Source: Eledone cirrhosa (taxonomy: Eukaryota). Taken from it: a stretch of DNA of 64,000 nucleotides. Location: positions 27,156,001 through 27,220,000 of the forward strand of contig OZ024745.1 of assembly GCA_964016885.1 (NCBI GenBank). Direction: 5' to 3'. Position 1 is the first letter of the stretch, and every line of letters starts with the position of its first letter. Of the stretch, positions 1 through 12,188 are shown piece by piece. Position numbers and translations under genes: made by a program. The notes under the pieces were generated by a model that worked only from the letters and a program-made list of their open reading frames with translations, ran no database searches and was not told the origin of the DNA.

Positions 1-68
1 ACTGCTTTGGTATTAAATTGAAAAATGACGTTTTTCCATATTGTTTTGTTTTATTTCATTCTATTTAG

Positions 69-2824
69 AATCTTCTGGAGGCACTTCACAGGAGAATTCA
101 GTTAGCACAACAACATCTATTCATCCACCGACAACTATAAGCGGCAACCAGCCTCAAACCTTTCCATACAAAATGATTCCAGCATCAGCTGTAAATATGA
201 ATCCTTCATCATACCAACCACCGTTTAGTATGTTAACTAACCCTCTTACTGGAGGAGACCAACATTTTTATGTCAATAATTCCAGTGTAGAAAGCGTCTA
301 CGAAACAGCAGCACGCCTCTTATTTATGTCGGTGAAATGGGCGCGAAACATTCCATCGTTTCTTCAGCAGCCATTCCGCGATCAAGCAATTCTTTTGGAA
401 GAAAGCTGGAGTGAATTGTTTATTCTTAGTACATCACAATGGTCAATGCCAATCGACATAGGTAAGTAAATATTCTTGAGATTGTTTTGTTCGGTCTTAT
501 CTGTATCGATAACTTACAAATTCTAATAAAAATAAAAAGGAAATATTCATGACTGGCCACGATTTACGCACCTCTGACAGACCATAGATTTGCATTTCCG
601 AAGTAGAGGCCTTACCAAGTGATTTGTGTAAGACCAACAATCGCCCATGCATGCAAGTCTTCCTTCTCCACGACACTGATATTGTCCAAGGAAAGGACAA
701 GTGCTGATACAGATTAACACCTGTGTCGTTACAACTCATATTTTTATAGCTGAGTGGACAGGAACAACGTAAAATAAAGTATTTTTCTCAAGGACACGAC
801 GTACCGCCCGGTCTCGGAATCCAACTCACGATCGGGAGCCCAGCGTCTTAATCAATAAGCCATGTACCTTCTCAGAGATAAAAACAGCCGTTATATGATA
901 ACGTATGTTTAAGATATTTTTTAAAGGCGTGCCAGCTATGACCATCCTGACATTTTGTATATAAGAGACTACATTGTTTAAGCGTCCTTCTTTACTAGTG
1001 TCTTTACAAATTTTCTGTAATCTTAATTGCCTTTCTATTCGACTTACGTACAGTGTTTGTTTACATACGTCTGTCTGCCTGTCTGCTGACATCTGAAAGC
1101 TGTTGTCTAGTTATCTAGTTAAAAAGACGGTGGAAGAGTTGTCACGGCCCCTTAGAGCGTCTAGCCGGTATCTGGAAGATATGGGGGTTTCAATTCCTCC
1201 TAGCGACTGATGACAACATATTTTCCCGTCTTTTAAGGGTTTTCACCCTATTTTATAAGCTATTACATAGCATCTCTGCGCTTGAACACATCATCCTTTA
1301 AACTTATATATATAATATATATATATATGTATGTAAAAGGTAAACAGAAATAACAACACAATCGGTACAGGAATATATTAGGTTAATGCTTGAAATAGAA
1401 GGAAGAGGGTCTTAACGTTTCGGACGCTAGTCCTTCATCAGAAGAAAGAATGAGAAATAAGATATATATATTCTCAGCGTTTAAAAGACCAAAATTCAGC
1501 TTATGTACATTGTTTATACATATATATTTTTTTAATTGCAGCTTCATTATTAACAGCTAATGGTTGGAGCTTGGATACACAACATGCAGAAAAAACAGCT
1601 TTCATGATGACACAACTGCGACTGCTGCAAGATATAATCAATCGCTGTAATGAATTACATGTTGATGCCACAGAATACGCATGTCTTAAGGCGATAACAC
1701 TTTTCCGTCCAGGTAATGTTCAATGTAAAGTCGTTGATATCTGTAAATCATTAGAACCACTGAGGATTGATTTGTTCTCGTGTGCTGATTCTTCTCGTTG
1801 CCTCTCTCGGGCTGACAGTAAATATTTGACCCCATCATCACAATTTTTAAAAAAAGTGGAGTGGGGAAAGATGGCCAAATACCGGTACCAGACCCTCCAA
1901 TTCCTTTCCTCTATACTGGTCACTGTCTTAACCTCTGGTGTCAATGGTCTCCGAACTGCTGTTTTCCTTCGCAATATTGAGAGAAGCGCATCCCGCATAA
2001 AGAAGAGCACCCATAACGTGAAGTGGCTGATGCAGCGGGTGTCACAGGCTGTTCTCCACGGCAATACCTTTGCTATTCTGTCTACTGGGCGTAGCTGAGA
2101 TATATCACTTACACCGGGGTGTAGAGTTTACCGCTCACTTCCTAATTTCCTTTACTTTCGTTATTTAATTTTTCGTTTCTTTTTACTTATGTTCAAACAT
2201 TATATAATCCAACAGAAATTTGTTGAATAAATATTGACATACAATAAAACATTCATGAGTTATGGTGTCGTCGCTGTCACTCCTTAGAGTTGATAACCTG
2301 TACCGGCCAACTCATAATGTCTATTACAAGACACTTCATTATGTGTGCTAAGGGAGCTGAATTGGCAGGATCGGTAGAGCTTCGGGCAACATGCTTTGTG
2401 GCATATAGTTACGTCCCCACGGATGGATGGTTGGATGTATGGATAGATGGATGGATGCATGGATGGATGTGTGGATAGACAGATAGATAGACAGATTAGA
2501 CAATCGATGAACGGATGGACGAATATATTACAAAAATCGTTCTATTCAAATGATGAAATGTTGCTTCTTTTATTTTTTGCAGAGGTTCGTGGACTGCGAG
2601 ATTCAAAGCAAGTTGACCGACTTCAAGACCAAGCTCAATTAATGCTAAGTGACTACACTTCACGGCATCATTCTTCCATGCAGCCCCGTTTTGGCAAATT
2701 GTTGTTGTTGCTCCCTAGCATACGAATGATAAACCCACGTACTTTAGAAGAATTATTCTTTCGTAGAATGATCGGTAATATACCAATCGAACGACTCTTG
2801 TGTGACATGTTCAAGTCAAGTTAA
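69..2824 (+). CDS. NR2E-subfamily nuclear receptor (PNR/NR2E3- or NR2E6-like), 3' exons encoding hinge and ligand-binding domain; exons 69-461, 1542-1712, 2583-2824; the 5' exons (DBD) lie upstream of the window
   Basis: LBD motifs ETAARLLFMSVKWARNIPSF..FRDQAILLEESWSELF, DATEYACLKAITLF, QDQAQLML, RFGKLLLLLP and AF-2 IGNIPIERLLCDMFKS*. AG/GT boundaries keep phase 1 across both introns. Confidence 0.92.
545..870 (-). mobile_element. tRNA-derived SINE with CORE-like central domain
   Basis: Minus strand has an A-box-like TGGCTTATTGATT, a B-box-like GTTGGATTCC, then GTGTCCTTGAG..ACTTTATTT..CACTCAGCT. Homologous to 27012-27315. Confidence 0.7.
1040..1497 (+). repeat. Dispersed repeat unit with a tRNA-like cassette, interrupted by a (TA)n/hammerhead insertion; homologous to 20280-20712
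   Basis: 1040-1305 aligns by eye to 20461-20710. The unit resumes at 1471 (TTCTCAGCG..AAAAG.CCAA), matching 20433. Confidence 0.7.
1410..1445 (-). ncRNA. Minimal type I hammerhead ribozyme in a Penelope-type pLTR remnant (about 1321-1465)
   Basis: Minus strand reads TCTT-CTGATGA-A-GGAC(TAGC)GTCC-GAAA-CG-TT-AAGA: stem I, conserved core, stem II and palindromic AACGTT stem III. Identical copy at 49428-49463. Confidence 0.8.
1860..2230 (+). mobile_element. 3' remnant of a CRE-like (RLE-endonuclease) non-LTR retrotransposon
   Basis: Translation ends WLMQRVSQAVLHGNTFAIL, the C-terminal motif also seen at 21276-21458 (WLFQRISLAITRGNTASVL). Confidence 0.6.
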
Positions 2825-4827
2825 GGAATCGGCTGATATTCCTAGCAATCTGTAACAATGTCGATATTTATAGTTTTTTTGTTTGTTTGTTTTTTCTTGT
2901 TTTCGCTATATTGCAGAGTGGGTCCGTTTTCAAACACCAGGTAACACTCTCTCTCTCTGTTATATATGATTTCTCAGCGGAGTAAACAAAAAAATGAATA
3001 CAAAGAATGAGAATATATTTAATGTACGTTTCTTTACTCTTTGAAATTAAAAATACTTTAGATTGGTGCAAAATATATTCTATAAATAGCTTCAGATTAA
3101 CTGCATCCAGTGAATAATTAGCTTATGAAAAGTTTTTAACAACGTACTGTTAATAAAATATTATAAGACAGAGAAAATAGTGTGACGTTGATAGAAAGAA
3201 GATATACGTCTGGAAAATTGTCAAACCTAATTGAAAACAATCCTTTTCTATATTCTTTTTTCTTTTAACAAAAAAATTATTCAGTGTACATTTATGCTGA
3301 ACCTTAACATGAGATTTACTAAACATTCTAATTGAGACGTCTCTGATGCTATTAATTTAATGAAAGTAGCCGACAAGAAATGAAAGGATCAAAAAAGCTA
3401 AACTGATCAAGCCATTATCTTGAAGTTAGATTGCTGCTTAATTTGTCTCCAGACTATTGAGAGTATGACATAAACTCACTTCTCGCTTCATTTGTATCAG
3501 AAAATAGGAAATTGAACTGCTCCAAAATGTATCATAAATCAAATAAGGAATTTTGTGATATTCTTAAGCAGATATTAATTAAATGTGGATTTCTTTTGAA
3601 CAAACTGGAAAGGAAATATGTTTTACATACATTTCCTCGAGGACACAATTTCAAGAAAAATGGGTGCAATTCAAAATGGAAACTAGACCTCTATCTCGTC
3701 TCACAGGGAACTTACTGTGCACGCTCGCCATGGAACAGGAATAAATAACAACGATTTGTTTATAACTAGGCACAAAACCTACATAATTCAAGGGTGAAGA
3801 AATGGGAGAGGAACATTCTTGTCTTTCCCAATGGTTACTAAACGGCACAAAACAGGAATTGAATGAATCGACATATTGCTCTATGGCGCTTACTAATTTG
3901 AGTTAAATTAATATTTATATCTAACATAATTTGCATAATTCCGCAGAAAGAAACAATCCATTGTATTTGACTGGCACATATTTTATTGACCTCACGAGGA
4001 AAAAAGGGGGAAAATGACATCAGCATTAAATAATTTGGTTTGATTTTTGAAGTCAGATGAGAGTATTTCATTTTTACTCTTTATGATGATTACGACATAA
4101 AGACAAAAACATTTCATATTAAATACGAACAAATATCCTTTACAGATTATTACCAAAAACAGTGAATATGTTAAAATGCTTCATTCTTTCATTCAAGCTA
4201 TGGTTTCAGTGTAATATATACATTTAGACACACAGAGATTTCACTTTACACAGCTGACTATTAACTTTTAGAATTATATCTGACATTTTGAACAATATCT
4301 ACTAGTTTTAGACATTTAATTAGTAGTTGGTACCAGTTATAAAACCCGAAACTTATTATGGGTTTGCAACATTTCTTTAAGTGATTGAATAAAAAATATA
4401 CTTAAATGTTAAACATATATATCAACTGGTATTTGAGAAAATGATACTGAGTGTGAAAGCACATTTATTGACAAAAGTTGCATATGACTATGCATGTATG
4501 TTTGTGTGAGTGTGCTTGTGGTTGTATATGTATGTTTATGTGTGTATATGGGTGCGTGTGTTTGTAAGGACACGTGCTTGTGTGGTTCTGTATATATACG
4601 ACGAACTCTCCCGCCGTATATCGACGTATGAGGGTTCAACAATATTCTCGGTTCAATTTTTTTATGGCTATGTCTTAAGTGGCTCTTTAGTCCAGCTGCT
4701 GATTTACATGAAGATGACAGGATTTTGAGTGGAGTAGGGTGGAATATTTGATCTGATCTTCGTGTTAGATCTTAGATCACGAAGATGGACCAATCGAGAT
4801 TTTTCATACAGAGACCCCCCCCCCCTG

Positions 4828-4858
<31 letters not shown>

Positions 4859-4861
<3 letters not shown>

Positions 4862-5595
4862 AGTTAATATAAATTAATATATGATAAACACATAAGTGTT
4901 TGTATTGTAAATGACCAAGTTAGCTAGATTGAAAAATACTAATTAAAATAAATATAGTTTGCCTGTCTCGATTTAAAATAATAAATCAATAAAAACAAAC
5001 CCATATTGGCAAAAACCGTGATACCTGGACACATTTAAATTTCAAAATCCAAACCTGTTCCGCGGACAAATTTAAATTTCAAAACCCAAATAAGTTTCGC
5101 AACGATAGTATAAAAAAGTGAAAGATTCCAATTTCTGTGGTCATCAACAGGTATCCAGAAAATTAGCATGTTTCACCTCGAAATATTTTTGGAGGTCTGG
5201 TTTACACGCGCTAACGCACGTAGTTTTCCAGCTAGCTATCCCCATACTCATGGTGCTAGAAATAACAGCCTTTTATATGGGATTAAAATTTAGCTCAACA
5301 AAAGGAGCCTTAATACTATATTATATTTAGAGTTATAAACTCAAACAGTCCTTTACAATTAATTAGCTCAAAGAAATAAGCATTTCTGAGTCGTGAAATA
5401 CAAGTTAATATAAATTAATATATGATAAACACATAAGTGTTTGTATTGCAAATGACCAAGTTAGCTAGATTGAAAAATACTAATTAAAATAAATATAGTT
5501 TGCCTGTCTCGATTTAAAATAATAAATGAATAAAAACAAACCCATATTGGCAAAAACCGTGATACCTGGACAAATTTAAATTTCAAAATCCAAAA
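4859..5595 (+). mobile_element. Tandemly duplicated repeat (about 540 bp period), probable non-autonomous Helitron
   Basis: 4859-5052 is near-identical to 5400-5593. Imperfect hairpin TACACGCG-CTAA-CGCACGTA followed by CTAG at about 5203-5235. A third, rearranged copy lies at 14491-14892. Confidence 0.5.
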
Positions 5596-6025
5596 ACGAC
5601 AACAGAAAATGTAAATTTTAATTCCGTGAAATCACTATACATATTTCAATAGCCCAGTTCCAGCATCCATTTATAATGCACGATAGGACGGTCTCATCAG
5701 GTAACCATGGCAGGGTTACTGATTTCCCAAACTACAACTGTTTTTTTTACAAGCAGTGCCCAAGTCAAAATTTTCATTTTTCATTTTTCAATTTCCTATT
5801 CTCTTTTCCCCATCTTCCATGATAAGTATGGGTTCTACGTAACCCTGTTTTGTAATTCTGTCGAAGTTACCTGATCAGACCGTCCTGTCTTGCTTCATAA
5901 ATGGATGATGGAGCTGGGCAATGGAAATATGTATAGTGATTTCATGGAATTAAAGTTTAAAGCACATCTTCCAGTCAGGCCTTCTGTTGTCGTTTAATAA
6001 ATACTTTACTCCGGTCCTGCGCCAA
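5594..6025. repeat. Inverted repeat (arms about 5594-5705 and 5866-5995) built from two head-to-head Penelope-like pLTR pieces with degenerate hammerhead cores
   Basis: The arms are reverse complements. Each reads GTTAC-CTGAT(G/C)A...GAAA-TATGTA-TA-GTGAT, and an AATAAA tail follows at 5996. Confidence 0.6.
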
Positions 6026-6245
6026 CCACTATATATATATATCCGAATGATGTTAACGGACGCGAGGATGAGTACTCAATACCGAAGTAGAACTTAATAA
6101 AATTCTTTATTATGGCCAAGTAATGAGTCTTGATATTATTCCAAGGTTTACATATTCATGCTTCAAATTCAAACAGATGTGTCCAACCTGTCGTCAGGCG
6201 AATTTTTTAGAAATAAAAAGGTTCGAATGCATAAGGCTGCGAGAG

Positions 6246-6446
6246 ACGAGAGTCGGCGGAAAAGTTCATAGGCTGATTATGAAGGAGTGATGCTGGCGCT
6301 GTGAAATCTCGCATATATTAATTTCAACTTTTCTTATCAATAACTGCATTGTTTCTTTCTAGGGATTATGTTAACAAATAAACCTTATTTGGTCATTCCA
6401 TGAGAGTATCTTGGTCAGCCTATGAACCTTTCAACTGATCCTCGTA
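6246..6446. mobile_element. Mariner-like MITE (about 200 bp)
   Basis: TIR family (TA)CGAGGGTCGGCTGAAAAGTTCATAGGCTGA at both ends; six copies in the window. Confidence 0.8.
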
Positions 6447-6559
6447 ATGTGAGTCTATTGCCAATCCCAAGCAACAATATAACGTCTTATTATATTCTAT
6501 CGGAACCAGATCTAAGAGAAATGGGTTTGTAGGCATATGTGAAGGACACAATACCCTGT

Positions 6560-6900
6560 TTGAAGATACGTTAATTTGTTAACACAGCAACAGTTGACTG
6601 ATAAAATGACAAGTCGGTTAATCATACTGGAGGCCTCCCCACAGCCCCGGCGGACAGAATGGAGAAGGCGTTTCCCCGGAGGACGGCAAGGGAGACGATG
6701 CTCACACCTGCGGCTGGCCAGCTCAGCGCCTATGGTGGTGAGTAGGGAGGTAGCCCTAGGGCTGAGGACACCAGAAGTCTCCACTGCCAAGGGTACGACC
6801 GCAAACCTCTCGGAGAGCGACCGGTATTTTGAGAGTTTGGCCTCCTCAGCCCGACGTGCAGCAGAACCTGGGTTAGTCGCAGATTGCACCAGTTTGCGGC
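6560..6900 (-). mobile_element. CRE-like non-LTR retrotransposon 3' remnant (RLE domain)
   Basis: AARRAEEAKLSKYRSL..FAVVPLAVETSGVL motif of restriction-like endonuclease LINEs; locally GC-rich. Confidence 0.7.
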
Positions 6901-7102
6901 TGTAAACAAAACTTACAGCTACTCGCACCAATATAAAACATAAGTTACTCATAGCCAAACCCACAAACTAATGATCATACCACCCTTGCATATAACGACA
7001 TGCATAAACACTTGTACACGCTTGCATAGATGCCTATATATACATGTACTGATGTGTGTGTGCGTCATCGCGTGCACATGTATGTCTATAGGTTGCTCTG
7101 CA

Positions 7103-7148
<46 letters not shown>

Positions 7149-7338
7149 ACATGAATCGAAGTTGTAGCTGCCATATAGCAGGTACTAATCGAGTTGTTTG
7201 AGGCAATCACAAAGCACTCAACACTCAATGGATCGATAAGCTAAACATTATCGTCCAGAGTAAAACACAACAGTTAAAAAGCGTAACACCAAGAAAAATG
7301 CCCGACTGCAGTGTGCATATTTATATCACAACGATAAA

Positions 7339-7340
<2 letters not shown>

Positions 7341-7427
<87 letters not shown>

Positions 7428-7450
7428 TATACACATACATATATATATAA

Positions 7451-7486
<36 letters not shown>

Positions 7487-7487
7487 A
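7341..7487. repeat. (TA)n/(TG)n microsatellite, representative of many in the window
   Basis: Direct reading. Similar runs near 4829, 7107, 7828, 8497, 13851, 14397, 14890, 15053, 62931 and 63362. Confidence 0.95.
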
Positions 7488-7822
7488 TACAGTGGCGGAC
7501 TGGCCAGGTTGCCCAATGGCAGTGGGCCACAGGTGGCATTGCAAGAGCCCACAGTAGCATTGCAGGACCCACTGTAGGATTTTAGGGGCCAATGCTTTGC
7601 TTTCAAAAAATACCTGAAATCTAAGAGAAAGAATAAAATTTAAACAAAAAATAAAAATAAAACAATTAAGCAAAGCATTCGGTCAACCAATTCCCCATGG
7701 AATTACTAGAGACCAAAATATAGGATAGAGCAGAGAGCTGGAATCAGTGGTTGTACATTCTACTATTTTTTCATGTGTATTCATTCATGCAAACATACAT
7801 ATATAGACACAGACACACAAGC

Positions 7823-7870
<48 letters not shown>

Positions 7871-7890
7871 TCACACACGAACTACTGACT

Positions 7891-8081
7891 AAATAATTGT
7901 TTCTACTTTTGGCACAAGGCCAGCAATTATTCCAGTACATTAGTGATACTTTATTTTATCGACCCTGTAGGGATGAAAGGCAAAGTTAACCTCGGCAGGA
8001 TTTGAACTCAGATCAGAAAGGGACGTAACTCTGTGCTGCAAAGCCTGTTGTCCGACCCTCTACCGATACTGCCAAACCACC
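7891..8081 (-). mobile_element. tRNA-derived SINE with Meta/MESC-like domain
   Basis: Minus strand: TGGCAGTATCGG (A box), GAGTTCAAATCC (B box), GCCTTTCATCC..GGGTCGATAAAATAAAGT, ATT tail. Confidence 0.8.
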
Positions 8082-8489
8082 AGACTAAATACTATTTGGT
8101 ATCAATGGGTTAAAAACATCTGTCAAATCAATTAGTGGTGAAGGTGGTGTATATAGATATAGATATATATACAGACACACACACACATATATCCACTGAT
8201 GAATTATAGGAGCCCACTTGAATATATATCTATTGATGGTATACAAGCTCCTACATAAATTGGTATAATTTCACCCAAATTGTAGGAGTCCTATAATGAA
8301 ACGAGACGTCCGTCTGGGAAGAGATATATTAGATATGTCTCATTTGAAATAATACAGCCAATTTTCCACGCAATACTTTTAGTTAGCACCCCGAACGCAT
8401 AATTGGGAATATAATCACTTATTTCCTAATGTTTGTTGAGTGAGTTGGAATTTGGCCGGAGTATCGCTAAAAAGCTTTCTCCGATATTG

Positions 8490-8572
<83 letters not shown>

Positions 8573-8579
8573 ATAATAA

Positions 8580-11522
8580 TAAAATTGAAGACTAAAATCC
8601 GAAGAGGGCTCGATAAGGAAAATATATATCAAATATATAAGAACCGTAGAGCAAATATTTATTAAAATAACAGATTAAAGTTTAAGCAAAGAATCGCTGC
8701 TTTCACCCTTAACGGGATCTTCTGAAACTAACAAAGTCAATCTGTAAACGTAGAACTGGATATTTCAAAAAACGTTGCAACCGGAGGAAGACAGGAAGAC
8801 GATACTTTGGTTCGTGGTAACGTTCGCTGGCAAAGAACGGGAAAAAACGAATAATACATCATTAATAGGAGCGGTGAAAAACAATTACGCGCAAAGACAA
8901 AACCACGTTTATGGTATAAAAGAGGTCGTAGACTAATGTTCTCTTAGGTGGTGCATAGAGACGTTCTCTGGCAATGAACGAAAAAACGAAGATAATAAGT
9001 CATATGTGGAGCGTGGAGAACGCAAAGACAAAACCACGTAAATGGTATAGCAGAAATCGTAGACTAAAATTCTAACTAGGAGACCAAATGAATCTCCGCT
9101 ACAGAGTTAAGAACAAAGTAAATAAATACAATACAGAAGTAATAGAAACAAATAAATACATACACGCAAACAGATACGTACATACACAAGCATACGCAAA
9201 ACCTTACCATGGGTATACAAAACCACGCACATATAAATATGTGTGTGTGTGTATGCTTGTGTACAAATAAATAAATAATTATATAAACGTATATAAGTAA
9301 ATAAATACGTATATAACAAGCGCACACGCATACCTATATATAAATACACGAATGTTCGGAGACGTCAGTCAACTAAAACAAGAAGTACACATATACACAC
9401 ACCCACCATACGTACGAACCTGCACACTCACGCGGACGCAAAACTCCCGTATACACATAGCCAAACCCTAAATACCAGAATATGTAAAAAGTATACGCTA
9501 TAACAGTCAAATATACGTACGAGAAGGTATACATACCTTCACAAAACATACGGGTAATATATACTTACCTATGCAAATAAGTAAAGGAATAAACAAAAAT
9601 ATACTTAGCTCCCACATCAAGACGTAAAATATCCACGTATAGATCGTGCTATCCGTTAGGGTATAACGTGGGGCTGTAAATTGCCAGAGAACGTCTCTAT
9701 GCACCACCTAAGAGAACATTAGTCTACGACCTCTTTTATACCATAAACGTGGTTTTGTCTTTGCGCGTAATTGAAAATCATACTTATCGGTCGGAAATTC
9801 ACTGGATAGTGGAACCATATTAGGGATTATTCAAAGTTATGTGTGAATATGCAAATGAATGTGTAAAAAAATTAAAAAACAACCGTTTATTTAAATGACG
9901 CTGGGGAAAGATAGGGAAGAAAGAGAGAGTGAAAAAATATTAATATTATGAGATAGATAGAGAGAAGAAATTTACAAGAGGATGAATAGAACTCATGTAA
10001 CGTAAATAAGTTTTAAGTTTATATCTACTAATGGTACGATATTTACTATTATTTTGTTAGAATTCTTTTCTAATATAATATAATATTTACTATTATAAGT
10101 AGATAGAAAAAATAGATATATATAGAAAAATAAATATATATAAAAAATTTCATAGAACAATATATTGAAAAATAAATAGATTGAGAAATAGATAAATAGA
10201 AGGATCAATAGATAGAAAAATAGATAGATAGAAAAATAGATATATGAATGGATAGATGGGTATATCTTGTTATAGATAATTGTTTTAATGAATTATGAGG
10301 GATATTGGTTTATATTTAGTGTAAGTAATTAAGTTAACTGAGTTAATAAGAATATTTATATATTTCAAATGTTTTAAATTGGGAAGATACGGAAAAAACC
10401 ACCAGATTTGTTAGTTTATTAGTTAGTATGAGACCATTTTGTCAAAGATATAAATGTTGAAAGATATATTTAGCCTGAATTAGTTATTGGTTATGAATCT
10501 AATAAAAGATATTAAAAAATTTTATTAAAAAATATTTTAAAATATTTAAAATTCTGGAAAAAAAAATTTTTTAATTTAGGAAAATATTTAAAAATATTTA
10601 AAAAAAAACTTTTAAAAAATTGAAAAAAATTTTTTTTTTAATTTAAAAAACTATTAAAAAATATTTTTTATATAAGAAATAAGTAGATTTTTTTTAAATA
10701 AGTAATTTTTTAAAAAATAAGTAATTTTTAAAAAAAAGTAATTTTTTTAAAAATAAGTAATTTTTTTTAAATAAGTTATTTTTTAAAAATAAGTAATTTT
10801 TAAAATATATGAAATATTTTAGAAGTAAAAAATAAAAATAAAAAATGAAAAATTGAAGATTTAAGAAGTAAAAAATAAAGATTTAAGAAGTAAAAAATAT
10901 TTTTAAAAAATAAAGAATTAAAAAACCTTAAAAAATATTAAAATTAAAGTTAAAATTAAAAATTAAAATTGAAAAATTTAGGAAACATATATGTATATAA
11001 TTTAAGAAATTTTAATAAGTGAAATTATAAGAAGTGAAATTATAGCAAACAATATATGGAAATAAGTAAGTATAATTTATATATAGTTCTAAACGTTGAA
11101 TTTAGGCGATGTTTACAAGAACTAAACAAATTCATACGTATATTAATAGAGTTCTTACATTTAAGTATGAAGAAAATTTCCTCAACACACAATTTGCAAA
11201 ATATAGATAAAGCTGTGTTTCAGTAGGCAGGTGCTTCTGAAATCATTTCCCAAGTTAAAGAATAGTCCGTATTTTTGGTTCCTTTATTTCTTGGTAGAGC
11301 TGTTGTTCTAAGTATCCCATTACAGAGTTCGCGTAAACGGGAACAAACTTCGTTCCCATTGCTGTGCCTCTAATTTGGATGTAATTCTTTCCATTGAAGA
11401 GGAAAGTGTTGTTTTCCAGAATAAGTTTGACTGTGTCTAATATAAATGGCGTTGTGAATCTGGTGGGAATCACTTCTCTATGTTTTTCTACCCAGTATTT
11501 AACCGCCTTTATTCCTAAATCA
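8580..11522 (-). mobile_element. Degraded Penelope-like element: RT fragment 11255-11522, AT-rich spacer, internal tandem and inverted repeats, pLTR-like end near 8580-8730
   Basis: LILENNTFLFNGKNYIQIRGTAMGTKFVPVYAN is a PLE RT motif B region. Whether the distal part belongs to the same element is inferred. Confidence 0.55.
10490..11050. repeat. Extreme AT-rich low-complexity tract including a degenerate AAAAATAAGTAATTTTTT tandem repeat (about 10675-10805)
   Basis: Direct reading. Confidence 0.8.
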
Positions 11523-11777
11523 TATATATATATATATATATATATAATGCCAATCATTGTAAGTTTGAATCTGACATGTAAAAACATATATATATATGAA
11601 TAAAGTAATAGTAGGTTCAAATATCACAGAGAGAAAGAGAAGGGGGGGGGGGATGAGGTACAACAGAAATGAAACATAGATTACAGGTTAAAATATAGTC
11701 TAGATAGATGTGAAACAAAACGAGGATGTAGTTTATGGAACACCCAAATGATTTAGAAGTCGACCTTAAGTAGGAGC

Positions 11778-12188
11778 AATAACATTAAGAAAGACATGAA
11801 CGACACCACAACAATTTGTTTTGAAAATTTTGAAAGTAGGTTTATAAGTATGAATTTTCGTAAGATTTTCGTAGTTGTCTCTGTGACCTAGCGGTAGGTA
11901 CTAGAGACGGTGGAGATCCTGGCCTTGGGTTCAATCCTGGTCAAGAGGTACATGTAACCTTTCTCAGTTTTTATTTTACAATCTATAGAAAAAAACTGAA
12001 AAGGTTTAGCGGGAACCCTACTCTCGACCAAGATCGAACTTCAAACCAGGATCACCACCGTCTATGATTCCTCCAACTAGGCCACCGAGATAGCTACAAA
12101 AGTATAGTGAAAATTGATAATTATAAACCTACTTTCAAAATCAAAGTTAAAAAGATGCGGTGTCGTTCATGGCTTTCCTAGAGCTATT
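11778..12188. mobile_element. Fold-back (palindromic) element with a tRNA-like cassette in each arm
   Basis: Arms about 11778-11975 and 11990-12188 are diverged reverse complements (e.g. TTTTGAAAGTAGGTTTATAA / TTATAAACCTACTTTCAAAA, CATGAACGACACC / GGTGTCGTTCATG). Confidence 0.7.

Noticed and set aside
1713-2098. C-terminal extension of ORF 1571-2098 as part of the nuclear receptor
   Set aside because: Homology stops at the GT donor at 1713; the rest is intron read-through into a LINE remnant.
7034-7673. ORFs rich in YI/IY, HT and CV repeats (also near 8426, 14279, 15039 and 63312)
   Set aside because: Translations of (TA)n/(CA)n microsatellites; no coding signal.
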